Assembly (NCBI RefSeq): GCF_006345805.1
Contig: NC_043014.1
Coordinates: 41,912,001 to 41,976,000, forward strand
DNA length: 64,000 nt
From: Octopus sinensis
Taxonomy: Eukaryota
Direction: 5' to 3'
Each line of letters opens with the position of its first letter. Within the stretch, counting starts at the first letter, position 1. This document shows, in pieces, positions 26,643 to 40,979 of this stretch. A program made the translations under genes and the position numbers. The notes under the pieces were generated by a model, which saw nothing but the letters and a program-made list of their open reading frames with translations, did not search any database and was not told where the DNA came from.

Positions 26643-26971
26643 AGGTACATGGTTCAGTGGTTAGAGTGTCGGGCTCACAATCATGAGGTAGTGAGTTCGA
26701 TTCCTGGACCGGGCTGTGTGTTGTTTCTGTATTTCACGTTGCTCCAGTTCACTCAGCTGTAGAAATATGAGTTGCAACGTCACTGGTGCCAAGCTGTATC
26801 GGCCCCTTTGCTTTTCCCGTGGGTAACATCGATAGCGTGGAGAGGGCAGGCTGGTATGCATGGGCGACTGCAGGTCTTCTATAAACAACCTTGCCCGGAC
26901 TTGTGCCTCGGAGAGTAACTTTCTAGGTGCAGTCTCATGGTCATTCATGACCGAAGGGTATCTTTACCCTT
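26643..26971 (+). mobile_element. SINE-D: tRNA-derived head with distinct (RTE-like) tail
   Basis: TGGTTCAGTGGTTAGAG..GAGTTCGATTCC A/B boxes; tail GGGCGACTGC..ACCTTGCC..CATGGTC unlike SINE-A/B/C (RTE affinity is inference). Confidence 0.75.
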
Positions 26972-27643
26972 TAGTATTCAGGATAACAGTACGAGGTATA
27001 ATATCGCTTTCTTTCTTTCTGTAGTAAATGAGTTTGTCTTGCTTATCAAGATTATCAGGGCTCTTCTCAAGGATATTCAGGGTTTCTGTTCATGGACTCA
27101 CTGTATGTGCAGCATCAAATGTCTTGGTTACGTGAAGATAATAACTATGTACGGAAGACTACGAAGTGAAGTGTGAAATCATTGAGTAGATGAGAGTGTT
27201 GTTGGAATAGATAGCAAGTAGTTACTTATTCTATTATCAGACGAGTGTGGGTGACATAAGAGAATCCTGGGATGTTTAAGAATTAGTAAAAGCAAAGTTG
27301 TAGAGAGAGAGGGGGGGGCAGAAAGAGAAGTGGAGACAGAAACCATCAGCAGACAGACATACAGAAGAAGGAAAAGCCCTGTCGGCATTCACCGCAATAA
27401 GGCTGTCTGAAGATAAAAAGAAAATCCGACACAAGAATTAAGAGACGAGTGTAAATCCAAGCGAGTAAGATAATCAGAAGGCTCTTGGAGGTCGAAAGCT
27501 TTATATCGAGTGTAACAACATTGCTTTCGACGCGACCATTGGTGAGACACAAAGACGTCAGTTCCACGAAAGCAATACTGATTGTCATTGAGAAGGAAAA
27601 GAGAATCAAATTGATGAAAGAAATAATTATTGACAAATTAAAT

Positions 27644-27827
27644 ACCGTATTTACTGGTGAATAGTCGCACTATATTAAAAGTCATTTTAAGTTGTACAAA
27701 TAGGGTGCGACTTATACGCGTGACAAAGCTAAAACTCTGAAGTGAAAACGATTTTTACCAAGACTTATCACCAAATTAAGGGTGCAAATTATACACGAAA
27801 GAGTCTAAAACACTGGTAAATAGGGCA
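27644..27827. mobile_element. pogo/Tigger-like MITE
   Basis: Imperfect TIRs TACCGTATTTACTGGTG / CACTGGTAAATAGGGCA; internal GGGTGCGACTTATAC motifs. Confidence 0.6.
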
Positions 27828-27869
27828 ATTTATTAATAAACATATTAACTAACAAATCTAAATAATTGA

Positions 27870-28710
27870 TAATTATCGGTCTCAACTTTTGGCATAATGC
27901 TAGCGACCTCGGCGGAGGCGTTAAGTCGAAAGAATAAAAGCGAAGTCGACATCGGTGGTATTTGAACTCAGAACGTAGAGACGGACGAAATGTCGCTAAA
28001 CATTTTTCCCAGTGTGCTTACGATTCTGCCAGCTCTCAGTCCTAACTCGTTGATAATTATCGGTTTCAAATTTTGTCACAAGGCCAAAAATCCCGGGAGA
28101 GGGACTAAGTCGATTACATCGACCACAGTACTCAGCTGGTACTTATTTGTCAACCCTGAAAGAATGAAAGGTAAAAATCGACCTGGGCGGAATTTGAACT
28201 CAGAACGTGTAAACGGCCGAAATGCCGCTAAGCATTTTGCCCGGCGTACTAACGATTCTTATTTCTTTATTGCCCACAAGGGGCTAAACATAGAGGGGAC
28301 AAACAAGGACAGACAAAGGTATTAAGTCGATTACATCGACCCCAGTGCGTAACTGGTACTTAATTTATCGATCCCGAAGGGATGAAAGGCAAAGTCGACC
28401 TCGGCGGAATTTGAACACAGAACGTAAAGACAGACGAAATATCTCTAAGCATTTCGCACGGCAAGCTAACGATACTTGTTTCTTTATTGCCCACAAGGGG
28501 CTAAACATAGAGGGGACAAACAAGGACAGACAAAGGTATTAAGTCGATTGCATCGACCCCGGTGCGTAACTGATACTTAATTTATCGACCTTGAAAGGAT
28601 GAAAGGCAAAGTCGACCTCGGCGGAATTTGAACTCAGAGCGTTAAAACGGCCGAAATGCCGCTAAGCATTTTGCCCAGTGTGCTTACGACTCTCCCAGCT
28701 CGTGGTCTTA
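27870..28710 (-). mobile_element. SINE-A cluster: 3-unit concatemer (28055-28710) plus older copy
   Basis: Tail-1 ends join directly into head sequence (AGAATCGTTAG / AGTATCGTTAG). Confidence 0.88.
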
Positions 28711-29636
28711 ATTAGACGAAAATTGTTGGTAACAATTTTCATTAGATTTGAAATATAAAAAATGAATGCGATACGCCTGCAATAACTTTATATGTTACAC
28801 ATGTAACTCCTCTAACCGAATTTTTGCATGCTAACTGTAAAATGTTGCGTATATTTTTACTGTACACGAGGTTACACAAAGGTATCATACATTCCTTACC
28901 ACACTTACAAAGCCTGTCATTACAATGTTGATTTTGGCATTCTCCGACATAGCGACATAGCTGACATTTCGTGGATCAATGAAGATACTTTTCCAAACAA
29001 GAAACGTGGCAGTTGCTCACTTACTACGTATCTTAAAAGTGTATTATTAAGTGTCTACCTACGGAGACGAAAGAAATGTATAACAAACATATAAATATTT
29101 TGATAGGGTCATATATGTATTTATAATATGTCTGTATGTTTATGTTGTGTGTGTGTGAATGTGCGTGAATTATTCAGCCATTTGTATTTATAAGAGCGTG
29201 TGTATGTGATATTCATAAACATCTTCTATACGGAAATGTATATGTTCATATAACCTTGATAACGGTATATAAACAAAATGAAGGAAATAATTCATATTAA
29301 GGAAGAAATTAAAGAATAAAAAGAGCAGATGAATCGGCTAAAAAATGGTGGAGGAAATGAGAAAAAAAATGAAAGGAGGAGATGGAAAAATAACGAACAA
29401 TGTATAACAAAGGGATAGGAGGTAGGTAATATTAAGAATAAAGCAAACAAGCAAAAATAAATACGAAGAAGGAATCAATAAATAAAAGGAACAACGCAAA
29501 GATTAATATCGGGTTAACTTTGTGATGGAAACGTGTGTATACATTCACTGTATAGGTACGAGTAACAAATTTTCACTAGTTTATTTGAAAGAATTCTACA
29601 CGCACATATACGTACATGTGCACACAGACACACTCT

Positions 29637-29668
<32 letters not shown>

Positions 29669-29669
29669 A

Positions 29670-29716
<47 letters not shown>

Positions 29717-29948
29717 TAATAAATAAAAGATATACATACATACATACATATATGGACGTACCTACATCTACATGTATATATACATGAATATATAAATAAT
29801 ATATACGTGAGTACAGGACACCACAATAGACGTAGAACTCAACGAGAAACGAAAACGGAAAAACAAGCATGGAACAAACCATTTTTTTACAACAGAAAAA
29901 CAGAGTACAAGACAAACTACACAAGGAAAAATCCCCTTCATCTGCTGT

Positions 29949-30015
<67 letters not shown>

Positions 30016-30391
30016 CTTAGAATTAAAAAACTGCAAATCTTCTAGTTACAGTTACCCAGGGTTTCCTGGTCGAAATAAAAGTTTATTTATTTCTGCCATT
30101 TATCAAGACAACTGACAAACGTTCATATTTTCATTTTGATAAATCGTGGAATTATTTCGACCAGGAAACTCTGGGTTGCTTTAATTCCAATATGATTTTG
30201 CAATAAGATTATCTTTACTCTCTTGACTGATCGAGCGCTTTTCTACTTCTTGAAGCATTACCTCATCACACACACACACACACACACCTTGTACGATTGT
30301 GTTCAAGTTTTATTTCTTATTGAAGTTAATTCCATGTAATTCCCCCCTAACACTGAACCAATTAATTTTACCCTTCCTGCTATATGCTTCA

Positions 30392-30610
30392 ATGGTTCAT
30401 TGGTGTTTTTCTTAATCCAGGAAGCATTGCTGTGGAAGAGAAGCGATTTCCTTCTTTCTAATATCGTTTCTATTTCGGTGTCGTTTATTGAGGTCATGGT
30501 ATTAGCGAAGTTCAAAGCATCAACAAAAAGAGGCTTTGTTATTGACGAGTAATAATCTATGACGACAAAGTGGAAGAAATGGCATTCGATTTTGATTATC
30601 AAAATAATCG
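30392..30610 (-). pseudogene. Penelope-like reverse transcriptase fragment
   Basis: FFHFVVIDYYSSITKPLFVDALNFA..IETILERRKSLLFHSNASWIKK matches the PLE RT pattern FDI.xFY.SI..AL.FA..RKSLLF..WVKK. Confidence 0.8.
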
Positions 30611-30626
30611 ATTACGTCATAGATAA

Positions 30627-30942
30627 GTGGAGGCACATGGCCCAGTGTTTAGAGCAGCGGACTCGCGGTCGAGGAATCGCGGGTTCGCGGGTTCGAATCT
30701 CAGACCGGGCGATGTGTGTGTTTATGAGCGAAACACCTAAGTCCCACGCGGCTCCGGCAGAAGTTAATGGCGAACTTCTGCTAACTCTTTCGCCACAACC
30801 TTCTCTCATTCTTTCCTTCCTGCATCTTGCAGCTCACCTGCGACGGACCGGCGTCCCGTCTTGGTGGGGAACATTTACACCAAGGAAACCGGAAAACCGG
30901 CCCTTATGAGCCAGGCGTGGCTCGAGAAGGAACAAAAAACTT
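30627..30942 (+). mobile_element. SINE-C head with alternative tail 2
   Basis: Same tRNA-Arg-like head; tail GAAACCGGAAAACCGGCCCTTATGAGCCAGG. Confidence 0.85.
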
Positions 30943-32333
30943 CATAGATAAGTAGACAGAGACACTGATAAATGGATATATATATATATATAGATAGATA
31001 GATAGAGAGAGAGAGAGAAAGAGGCGGGGATGTGTGTATGTGAGTACGCATTCGTACATGTATATACGTATGCATGTATGAATGTAGTAGGGCGTCGAGT
31101 TGGCAGATTTTTGTTAGAATGACCGATACCATGACACGCAGTTATTTGTTTCGATTCTCTGGGTTCTGGATTCAAATAGCGTTAAGTGCTCAGTGCATTT
31201 CATCCGTTCGGGTCGTTAAATTAACGACTATCATAAGGTTGTGGTCGTGCATAATGTTAAAGTGCAGCATCTTCTTTCAAGTTCTTACCTTTCAGAGTTC
31301 AAAATCCCACCTTCTGTCGTTAGATAACTGTGTCACTGGGGAGGCCGACAAAATTACGTGAAGATTGGAAAATCGCTAATCAAGTAAGCAAGGCCCAAAA
31401 TATTAGAGATTATCCGTTTCTATAGCAGCCCACTTACTGGGTAACAGAGAACGCAAGAAGACACCACATCCTGTGCACGAAAGAAAGGAATATGCTGATG
31501 TGTGTGTGTGTGTGTGTGTGTGTGTGTCGTGTACGTGTGTGTGCGTGTGTTATGAGTTACAAACGAGAAGAGAAAGTATTCATTATACATAGTAAAGTTT
31601 ATAGATATATTCGAAGCAGAGTCTACCATATTTCGCTTTTCAAAGTCTCGCGATTACCGTTTTCACAATGTTATTCTGAAAGCCGGATTCAGAAATTCAT
31701 GTACACACACACACACACACACACACATGAAACATTACCTACGTAATGAGACACTTCATTACATCACCTGATGAGATGTTTCTGCACCATGGGATGCAGC
31801 GAAATTCATTGTATAGTTTCCCACCCGCGAGGGAGCATTGCAGGATGTGTCGAAACGATCGTTGTATTGTTTACATATGTATGAATGCTTACAGCTTAGT
31901 TTTTTTTCTTGGGGCTGGCCGAGTTGGAGGCAAATATCAGAATTGAACAGCCGAAATTTGCTATGATGATGTCGGTGTCTGACTGAAGATGAAGGTTCGA
32001 ATGATTTGTCTGTGTTCCGTGTTCGTCCCTTCCTGTATTTCAACGTTCATTATATATAAAAACATTCATTTATATCTATATGTATATATCTATGTATATT
32101 ATATATATATATATATATATATAGTATGCATATGCTTCAACTTAAATACCTAATTCAACTGAATCTCAATTATATATATATATATGTGTATGTGTATACA
32201 TGCAAACATACATGTATATACATATATGTATGCATGTACGTATGTGTATATATATATATTGTAGATGTATACATATATATATATGCATATATATGTATTT
32301 TAATACATATGTATGCATATGTGTGTTTGTATG

Positions 32334-32368
<35 letters not shown>

Positions 32369-34185
32369 TGTGTGTGCGTAATACATAAATGATCATAATC
32401 TTTGTTTACTCTTATGTAAACATTTGTATATATATGCTCACGAATTATAACGATATACTAACAATCCAGAATTGCATGTGAATATGTATGAATCTATATG
32501 CATACACACACACACACACACATACACACACAAGTATGTACACGCACAAACAAGTATACACACAGACACACACAACCAAGTATACACACATACACACAGA
32601 CAAGCAAGCATGTATGTGCATAAATGTATCTGTGTAAATTCATATATTTTCTGTAGATACGTGCTGTTATGTGTCTATATGAATTTTTATGTGTGTAAGG
32701 CGGATAAACGGCCACGAAAATCCATTTTAAGGGAGATGAAAAAACAATCAAGAAGACAAAGAAACAAAAAGCCAAACAAACAAACAAACAAACAAACAAA
32801 CAAACAGCAAGCACGGGTGGTCCTTGTTAGAAGGAAGAGGAAGCAATCTCAGGTATGTCGAAAATACCTCCCTTGGGAGGGGTGTTTATGTATACATTTC
32901 GACAGGGTATAGAATATGTTGCATGATTATTCTGATAGAATGGCGCAAACAGTTTATGAGCAGGGTTTGCGGTCGGTTTTGGTTACATTTTCAGTGAGAG
33001 TTGAACGTTTGGTGTTACTGTCGTTTGTTGCGGATAGTGTAAAGATTTTGTGTATGTATATACGCGTGAATGTGTGTGTATGCACGTGTGTTTTTTGTAA
33101 TGAAGTTATCACAAAGATATTCGAGGAATACGGTAAGAATTAAAGAAGAATTAGAGAATGTTTCAACGTTTGTTCATGCAATGAGTGAAGATTTATTATT
33201 TTTTCTTTTTGTGATTTGTTTTATATATTTATGTATTTATTTATTTAGTTATGCAGTTTTGGGTGATAATGAGAATTCTGGGAGACGTGTAAGAGGAGGA
33301 AGCAGGATAATGATTATGATGAGGATGATGATGACGACGATGTTGATGTTAATGATAGTGAAGATGATGATGATGATGAGTTGTGAGATAGGAGGTAAAA
33401 CACCTTAATATTGAATAGGAATAAAACGAAATACTTTGTGTATGCAATGTATGTATGTATGTAGTATGTATGTATGTATGCATGTATGTATGCATGTATG
33501 TATGTATGTAAGTATGTATGTATGTACAATGCAATCCTCTGTCGTTGGTAGAATCTCGATAAAAATATTTTCCATCCAGCGAGAAATAAGTTCCATACTT
33601 GAATAGTGTGCCGTGTTGTATCCTGCTATCATTTAAACCCAAAATAAAACATAGCTACGTCTGATAAAAAGAAAAAAGAACGAAAAAAAAGACGAGAAAA
33701 GGCTTTAAAGTAAGATTTGTGTCTCTTTAATCTATTAGAAAGGAAACAGTTTCATATATAAACTCATTGTTTATATATGAATTAACAATGTGGAAAGGCT
33801 ATAATTTGTTAGACTATGCTTAATCCGAAGAATGTGGTGATCTCCAGTTCGATAGCAAAAACTTGTCGAGATGCTTGCATCTGGTGTAAATGTCTCATTT
33901 CGTGTTCACGAGGTCAGCAAATAATTAGATTATAAAGAATATATATGTTGCTTCAGCGATACAAATCCTGCAACTTCTTGGTCAATTAACATAAGACGTT
34001 GATCGCTATGTGATGCTCTATTTGACGGCACTGGGGGTAATGTTTTGGCTTTCAGGTTCTAGATGTACCTGGCTAGCTTAGTGTTTGGCGATTTGTTGCC
34101 TGTGTGGCACAAAAGTATCCTCTGCCAGTAGAGAATCACCAACAAATGATGGTTGCAGCGATGTGCTGTTACAGCGCATGCTCCA

Positions 34186-34267
<82 letters not shown>

Positions 34268-35224
34268 TTGAAAGGTTTTCGTTACTTATACCACTAAGAG
34301 AAAAAGTTATGAGAAGGTAATTCACGTATTTTAGCGAATATTTTCAGAATATTTACTAGAAAACTCAAACTCGTTTAAAATTTTTTAAAACGTGTAATAT
34401 AGCATTTGCTTTTCTTGGTGACAATATTCTGTTGTGTCTGGGGAGAGTCATTTTCTTTTTATGCATTATAATTGAACACACTCACCGGTAAAATTTCCAC
34501 TTATTTCTTATTTTTACAAGGCACAAAAACAAAATGACTCTCACTAGACACAACAGAATATGTTTCAACACACGAACTCATATAAAGAATCTTGCAAACC
34601 AAATCCCAAAACGAAATGGTGACAATATGTTTACAGCGAAAACGTAAGGGTATTCTGTCATAATCTGACTCCACCGTGCAAATAGTGGTGATTATATCTT
34701 TTATATCCCAGTTATATTTCGATAGGAATGTAGCAATATCTTTTCATCTTTTACTTTTTTCTAGGAATCTCAAAGGGAAGTAACTGAACTAGCTGCAGAA
34801 ATAAGATTTCTATTATTCCTATGTATCGAGACCACAAACTGATATTTCAAGTACAATTTGATTTCAAAAATGTTTGTATTACTATTTTACAAAAATTGAT
34901 ACATAAGGGGAAATATTAAATTTGTAAAATTTCATATATATAAATTTAATCATTAAAGAGAAATGCATATAAAATGGATTTAGCAAAAAATTTACTGATG
35001 TGTAAACGGGATGTTGAAACGATAGAGTAGGTTATGGTATAAACATCTTGCTTTTCCTGCTTCTTTTTTAACGATATTAGAATTATTATTTCTGAAACTA
35101 TAAGAAATAATTAGTATTTATGCTCTAGATTTTGTCTGAGAAGTCACTACATTTTAATACAGCATTAAGGTTTAGTATGAATAAGGAAATTGAATCAGAA
35201 ATATATGCTAAATATAATGTTATT

Positions 35225-35236
35225 TTATTATTATTA

Positions 35237-35288
<52 letters not shown>

Positions 35289-35311
35289 GATTATTATTAT
35301 TATTATCATCA

Positions 35312-35402
<91 letters not shown>

Positions 35403-35510
35403 TATTATTATTATTATAATCATTGTTATTATTGTTATTATCATTATTACTGTTGTTGTTGTTTTTAGTACTAGTATTATTATCATCATCATTATTACTA
35501 TTATTATTAT
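35225..35510. repeat. (TTA)n microsatellite
   Basis: Seen directly. Confidence 0.95.
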
Positions 35511-35511
35511 T

Positions 35512-36000
35512 TCTTTCAATCACCGGGCTGCGGCCATGCTGGGTCTCCGCATAAAAGGATTTAGTCGAACAGATCGACCTCAGTTCTTATTTTCTTAAGT
35601 CTGGTCTGTTATGCTGAACCACTAAGTTACGGGGACGTAAACAAACCAACAGCAGTTGTCAAGTGGTGGTGAATAAATATAAGCACAAAGACACACACAA
35701 ACAACATATATATATATATACACATACATCACACATACATACATACATACATACTTACATACATGCATACATATAAATATCTGAATACATACATGCATAT
35801 TGCTATATGAAGATATACATATATGCACGTATGTATATTTATACATACAGAACGGATTTAGACAATTTCTGTCCACCAAATTCACTGGCAAAGCTTACGT
35901 TGGCTTGAGGTGGTAATAGAAAGCATTTGGCCAAAGCAGCAGGCACTGAAACGGAACCAGAGACTATGTGGTTGAAAGGCAAGTTGTATAAAGGCCAAGC
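35512..36000 (-). mobile_element. Diverged SINE-B
   Basis: GCGGCCATGCTGG, AAGTTACGGGGACGTAAAC and related motifs. Confidence 0.8.
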
Positions 36001-36613
36001 TTGTATAAAGGAAACCAAATCAGAATACATGCTATATATGCGGTTACAGAAAAATCTGCTTTTTTGTTTTGAAATTGTGTCCTTGTATATATGTGGTGGG
36101 AGAATATTAACTGATAGCGTGTAATTTTTCTAATTAGACTTTTTGTAAGAGCAATAACTACAAAGTTAACAAAATATAAAACTGCAAACACGGTTTTAGT
36201 TTATGAAATTCACTTTATAACAACGTAGTACAACTCTACCGTATGGCATCCCGGCAAAGTCCCTTGTATTATCATCCAATTTCGCTCCAAACTTTGGGAG
36301 GGAAATCTGGTTGACGAAAATTATACAGACGTACGTTAGGTGAACTGAAATCACGGATAGTCTACTGGACAGGTCGGCCGTTTCTATAATGTTCATGGCA
36401 CAATGTTGGTCCATTGGCTGTAATACTTAATTTTCAGATCGGTACTATCTATTCGGCTGCAAATAATTACTGATTTCAGTTACACCTGTAAGTACAAATC
36501 GTATTGCTGCAAAGGAAATGGCAAATCACCTCTATGGTATGGCCAGGAAATAATAGGGCTCCACCATATGTCAGGTTTGACATGATGATTTAAACTTGCT
36601 CCCTCTGTGCGCA

Positions 36614-36645
<32 letters not shown>

Positions 36646-36646
36646 C

Positions 36647-36678
<32 letters not shown>

Positions 36679-36812
36679 GTGTGTGTGTGGTGTGAGTGTG
36701 TGCGTGTGTATGTATTATGTATTATTATATATATATATATATATATGCATGTGTGTGCGTGTGTGTGAGTGTGTTTGTGGATGCATGTGCATTCAAATGT
36801 CTCGTTTGGATA

Positions 36813-36854
<42 letters not shown>

Positions 36855-37023
36855 TGTATAACTATGTGTATATGCACATAATCCACGCTATACTCACACG
36901 TACACAAATGAGCATAGTTGTACATGTTCGTCACTTCCAGACATATATACACACACACATACAAACATACATACATACGTACATACATACACACACACAT
37001 ACATACATACATACATACATACA

Positions 37024-37059
<36 letters not shown>

Positions 37060-37879
37060 CCTATGTCTCTACACAGGCAAACGCATGTGCTAACAAAAAC
37101 ACATATATATGCGCTCACATCACGTACGCACGCACATACGAACATACATGTATGCAGTACACACACGCACACATACACACACACATGCACACACACTCAC
37201 ACTCACACACATACACACACACACGTAACCAGAAACATTGCCTGTATATACTCCCACACAAACATATGTATGCTTAGGCAATATTTCCTCCCCCACACAT
37301 ATATCTCCATACACATCCACATATATGCTCGTACACAGATATACACTCTCTTACGTACACCCATATATATATATATATATATATAATATGAGTGTGTGTA
37401 TGTGTAGTTGTGTGCGTGTGCACTTTTACGTATGTACATGTATGTGAGTATTGTATGTCTCTGTGTGTGCGTGAGAGAGAGAGAGACCCTTAAAGGGAGA
37501 GAGAGAGGGGGGATTGAGAAAGCTGACACGCAACCCCGAACGCATTCTCTCACAGACACCTATAGCGAGAGAAACAGATGGTGAGAAGCTGAGGAATTAG
37601 AACAACACCAACATTAGTGTTAGAACTCACCAGAATGTTTTTCCCACCATCTGGAACTAACTATTCATCCATGTGTTTCCTCAAATGGTTATGGTCTTGC
37701 AGTGGTTTAAACCTAAAGACCCTCAAATTTCCTATCCGCTCCCGTCTCATATTATCTCCCTTGCAGTTTTGTCCCCGTGTCATACGGAGATCTAAAAACC
37801 AATAAAATTACAAGAAAATTGATCATGATTAGAGTGAGGCACTTGTTTATTTTCTATGTTGATTTTTATTGGCTAGGAA

Positions 37880-38315
37880 TGAGTATTTCGAAGACAGACG
37901 AAATAGAGCTAAGCATTTTGTCCGGCGTGCTAACGTTTCTTATTTCTTTATTGCCGACAGGGGTTAAACAAAGAGGAGAGGGATGAAGTCGATTACATCG
38001 ACCCCAGTGAGTAACAGGTACTCAATTTATCGACTCTTAAAGAATGAAATGCAAAGTCGACCTCAGCGGAATTTGAACTCAGAACGTAACGGCAGACGAA
38101 ATACCTATTTCTTTACTACCCACAAGGGGCTAAATACAGAAAGGACAAACAAGGACAGACAAACGGATTAAGTCAATTATATCGACCCCAGTGCGTAACT
38201 GGTACTTATTTAATCGACCGCGAAAGGATGAAAGGCAAAGTCGACCTCGGCGGAATTTGAACTCAGAACGTAACGGCAGACGAAATACAGCTACACATTT
38301 CGCCTCGCCGCCCTC
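37880..38315 (-). mobile_element. SINE-A concatemer
   Basis: Junctions AAAGAAATAGGTATTTCG and AAAGAAATAAGAAACGTTAG. Confidence 0.88.
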
Positions 38316-39828
38316 GTACTTACAAATTAAAATTATACGATGACTGGGCATGCGTGGCCAACATTTCTTGGCTCAGCAGCAATGAGAACAGTATAAACGA
38401 CACATTTGAAGACTTCGTTTATTCAAATGAGAGTTCGAACTCATGCATAGCAAACTTCATCACCCCTTAATCTGAAAACTGTATAGCCTAGGGGTTAGCA
38501 TACCAAGATTTAAAGGAAAGCAACTGTACAAATATATTAGTCAAGTGGCCAATTAAAATCTTCAGAAAAATCCGATTTAACTTCTTTCCCAGTACAGCGT
38601 ATTGAGTAATCCCAGCTCTGTGCAAAGATGAAGGTTAATATTTATAAAATATGTCAGTAGACCTACTCCTATAATGCACCACTCTGCGTATTTTGAGCGC
38701 AGACGTTATCGTATACATATGCAGGGTCCGATATTTGTTCCACATCTGTGCAATAAGCGATTCTACATATGTCTACCACACGCATTAAAAATCTAGATGC
38801 ATCTGTACGCAAGAACTTTTGTATACGCGTCTAGAATTTCCCTTTGCTGAATATTCGGGGACATACACGCAACTATCTAAAGATTTTAGTTGAAAGATTG
38901 GGGCAGGCTGCTTGTAATGTGTTAAGATTTCCCAATTCTCAAGTAACCCAACAACATATTTAGGTATGTTAAAGTACTTTGTAGTATAAACGAGATAAGC
39001 CTAAAGCAAACAGCTGCTAAAATGTGTAAGTGTTTGCCTGTCGATTCGCTTAAGGTTTTCAGTGGAAAAAAAAGAAAGAAAAAGAAAAAAAGTTTTGGTA
39101 ACCGCGGAAGCAGCAGTATTCCAAATATCAAGTCTCTCCAGAGACATGGAATAGAGTTTCACATACTTTCATATTGCAAGACAAGGAAGCACGCACGCAC
39201 ACACATACACACATACACAAACGCACGCTCACAAACATACACACACACAGAAACAATCAAATACTTACACACAAACATACACACATACATAAATACAAAG
39301 ACAGTCAAATATACTGAAGCACAGGCTCAAATACTCACACATACACACACATATATATAGACAAGCATGGATACACAAACATAACTACTGACAAGCACAC
39401 ACACACACACATACATACACACACAGACATACACATTTACGTATGTACATGAACACGCCCATACATGCACAACAGTAAAGACACACACACAAACACACGC
39501 GCACACATATATGTGTGTAAAAATAGGGGCATTCATGTAGAATATACGCAAAAACACGACAGAGGGTAGATAATGAAAAGACGTTTGCATACATAATCAT
39601 GAATTCACATCACTCACTACGACTTACAAACATCCAAACATAACCAGAATGAATCATATAAACATGTGTAAATATATCTATCTATATATCTACCTATCTA
39701 ATATATCTATGTGCGTGTGTACACATACATACATACATACATACATACATACATTCATACATATATATCTATCTCTCTCTATATATATATATACATATAC
39801 ATACATACATTATATATATATAATATAT

Positions 39829-39860
<32 letters not shown>

Positions 39861-40012
39861 CATACATATATACATATATGTAAAGGGATGCGTATGTGCC
39901 ATTTGTATGGGTGTGTGTTCAATTATGGACGCATATCAATCTGAAATTACCAAAGAAATATTTAGAACCGCTTGTACATTATTCTCTCACTCGCTTTCTC
40001 TCTCCCTCTCTT

Positions 40013-40059
<47 letters not shown>

Positions 40060-40457
40060 CTATCTATACGCAAATAATATATTTGTAAATTTGTGTGTGT
40101 ATATATATATTATAATATATATATAATTATGGTGTGTATCATATATATATATATATAATATATATATATAATATATATATATGCATATATAATATGTATA
40201 TATATTTATTATATATATACATACTCGCGCGCGCGTGCACACACATATATTTTTAGTACATTTTGATTGGTTCCTCACTCATTGATCTTTGACCGGCAGT
40301 AGCATCACATTAGAGTGACGAAATCTATCACATCAACTTTAGTATATTTATTTATATATTTATTAAGAAGACAACGAGAACAACAGGTAGACAATGTGGG
40401 AAGGGCATGTTTTAACATATGTTGTATTAGACCAACGCTTAAAAAGAGTGGAAAGTG

Positions 40458-40495
40458 CTATGACGTATCGGACGCTAGTCCTTCATCAGAACAAA
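40458..40495 (-). ncRNA. Degenerate minimal hammerhead motif
   Basis: CUGAUGA A GGAC-UAGC-GUCC GAUA CG UC; stem I poor and GAAA mutated. Confidence 0.45.
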
Positions 40496-40979
40496 GATAG
40501 AGAATGAACAAAGGAAAGAGAAACAGTGGCTGGAGAAATATAAAGAATAGGTGAGAGTAGGTGTTGCAAAAAGAAATGAAGAAAGGGTTAAAAGCAGATG
40601 AAATTGCGGTTTATGGGAGGAGTTAAGAAGAGAGGAGCATGTAGGTTGGTGTGTGTAAGTATTGGAGGTTATCCGTGTACAGAGATAGGAACAAAAGTTG
40701 ACTTGTTTGAGTGGTAGTATGAATTAACACGGATTTATTAATTCATAAGAGAAATGCAATCGCTTGAATTTTATCTCACGATATTTTGGATAGGTCAGTT
40801 TAAAACATAGGCTTACAACTTTTAGTTAGACTGAGAAACTTGCTACAATCGGAATTGTTACTTCCAAACAATAGAATAGAAGGTTCCTGTTGTATGAAAA
40901 TGCGCCAAATAGACAGATAAATAGAGAATCTTAAAAATCCTTTGCTGATGACCTAACACTGATAAGATTTACTCCTATA

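Noticed and set aside
31765-31812. CTGATGA...CTGCA/TGCAG..GAAA hammerhead
   Set aside because: Seven extra nucleotides before stem II and no convincing stem I.
32830-32858. Strong donor CAG|GTATGT
   Set aside because: No adequate upstream acceptor tract.
36200-36420. MULE-like DFPPKVWS motif on the minus strand
   Set aside because: A single short motif with stops; insufficient without a profile search.
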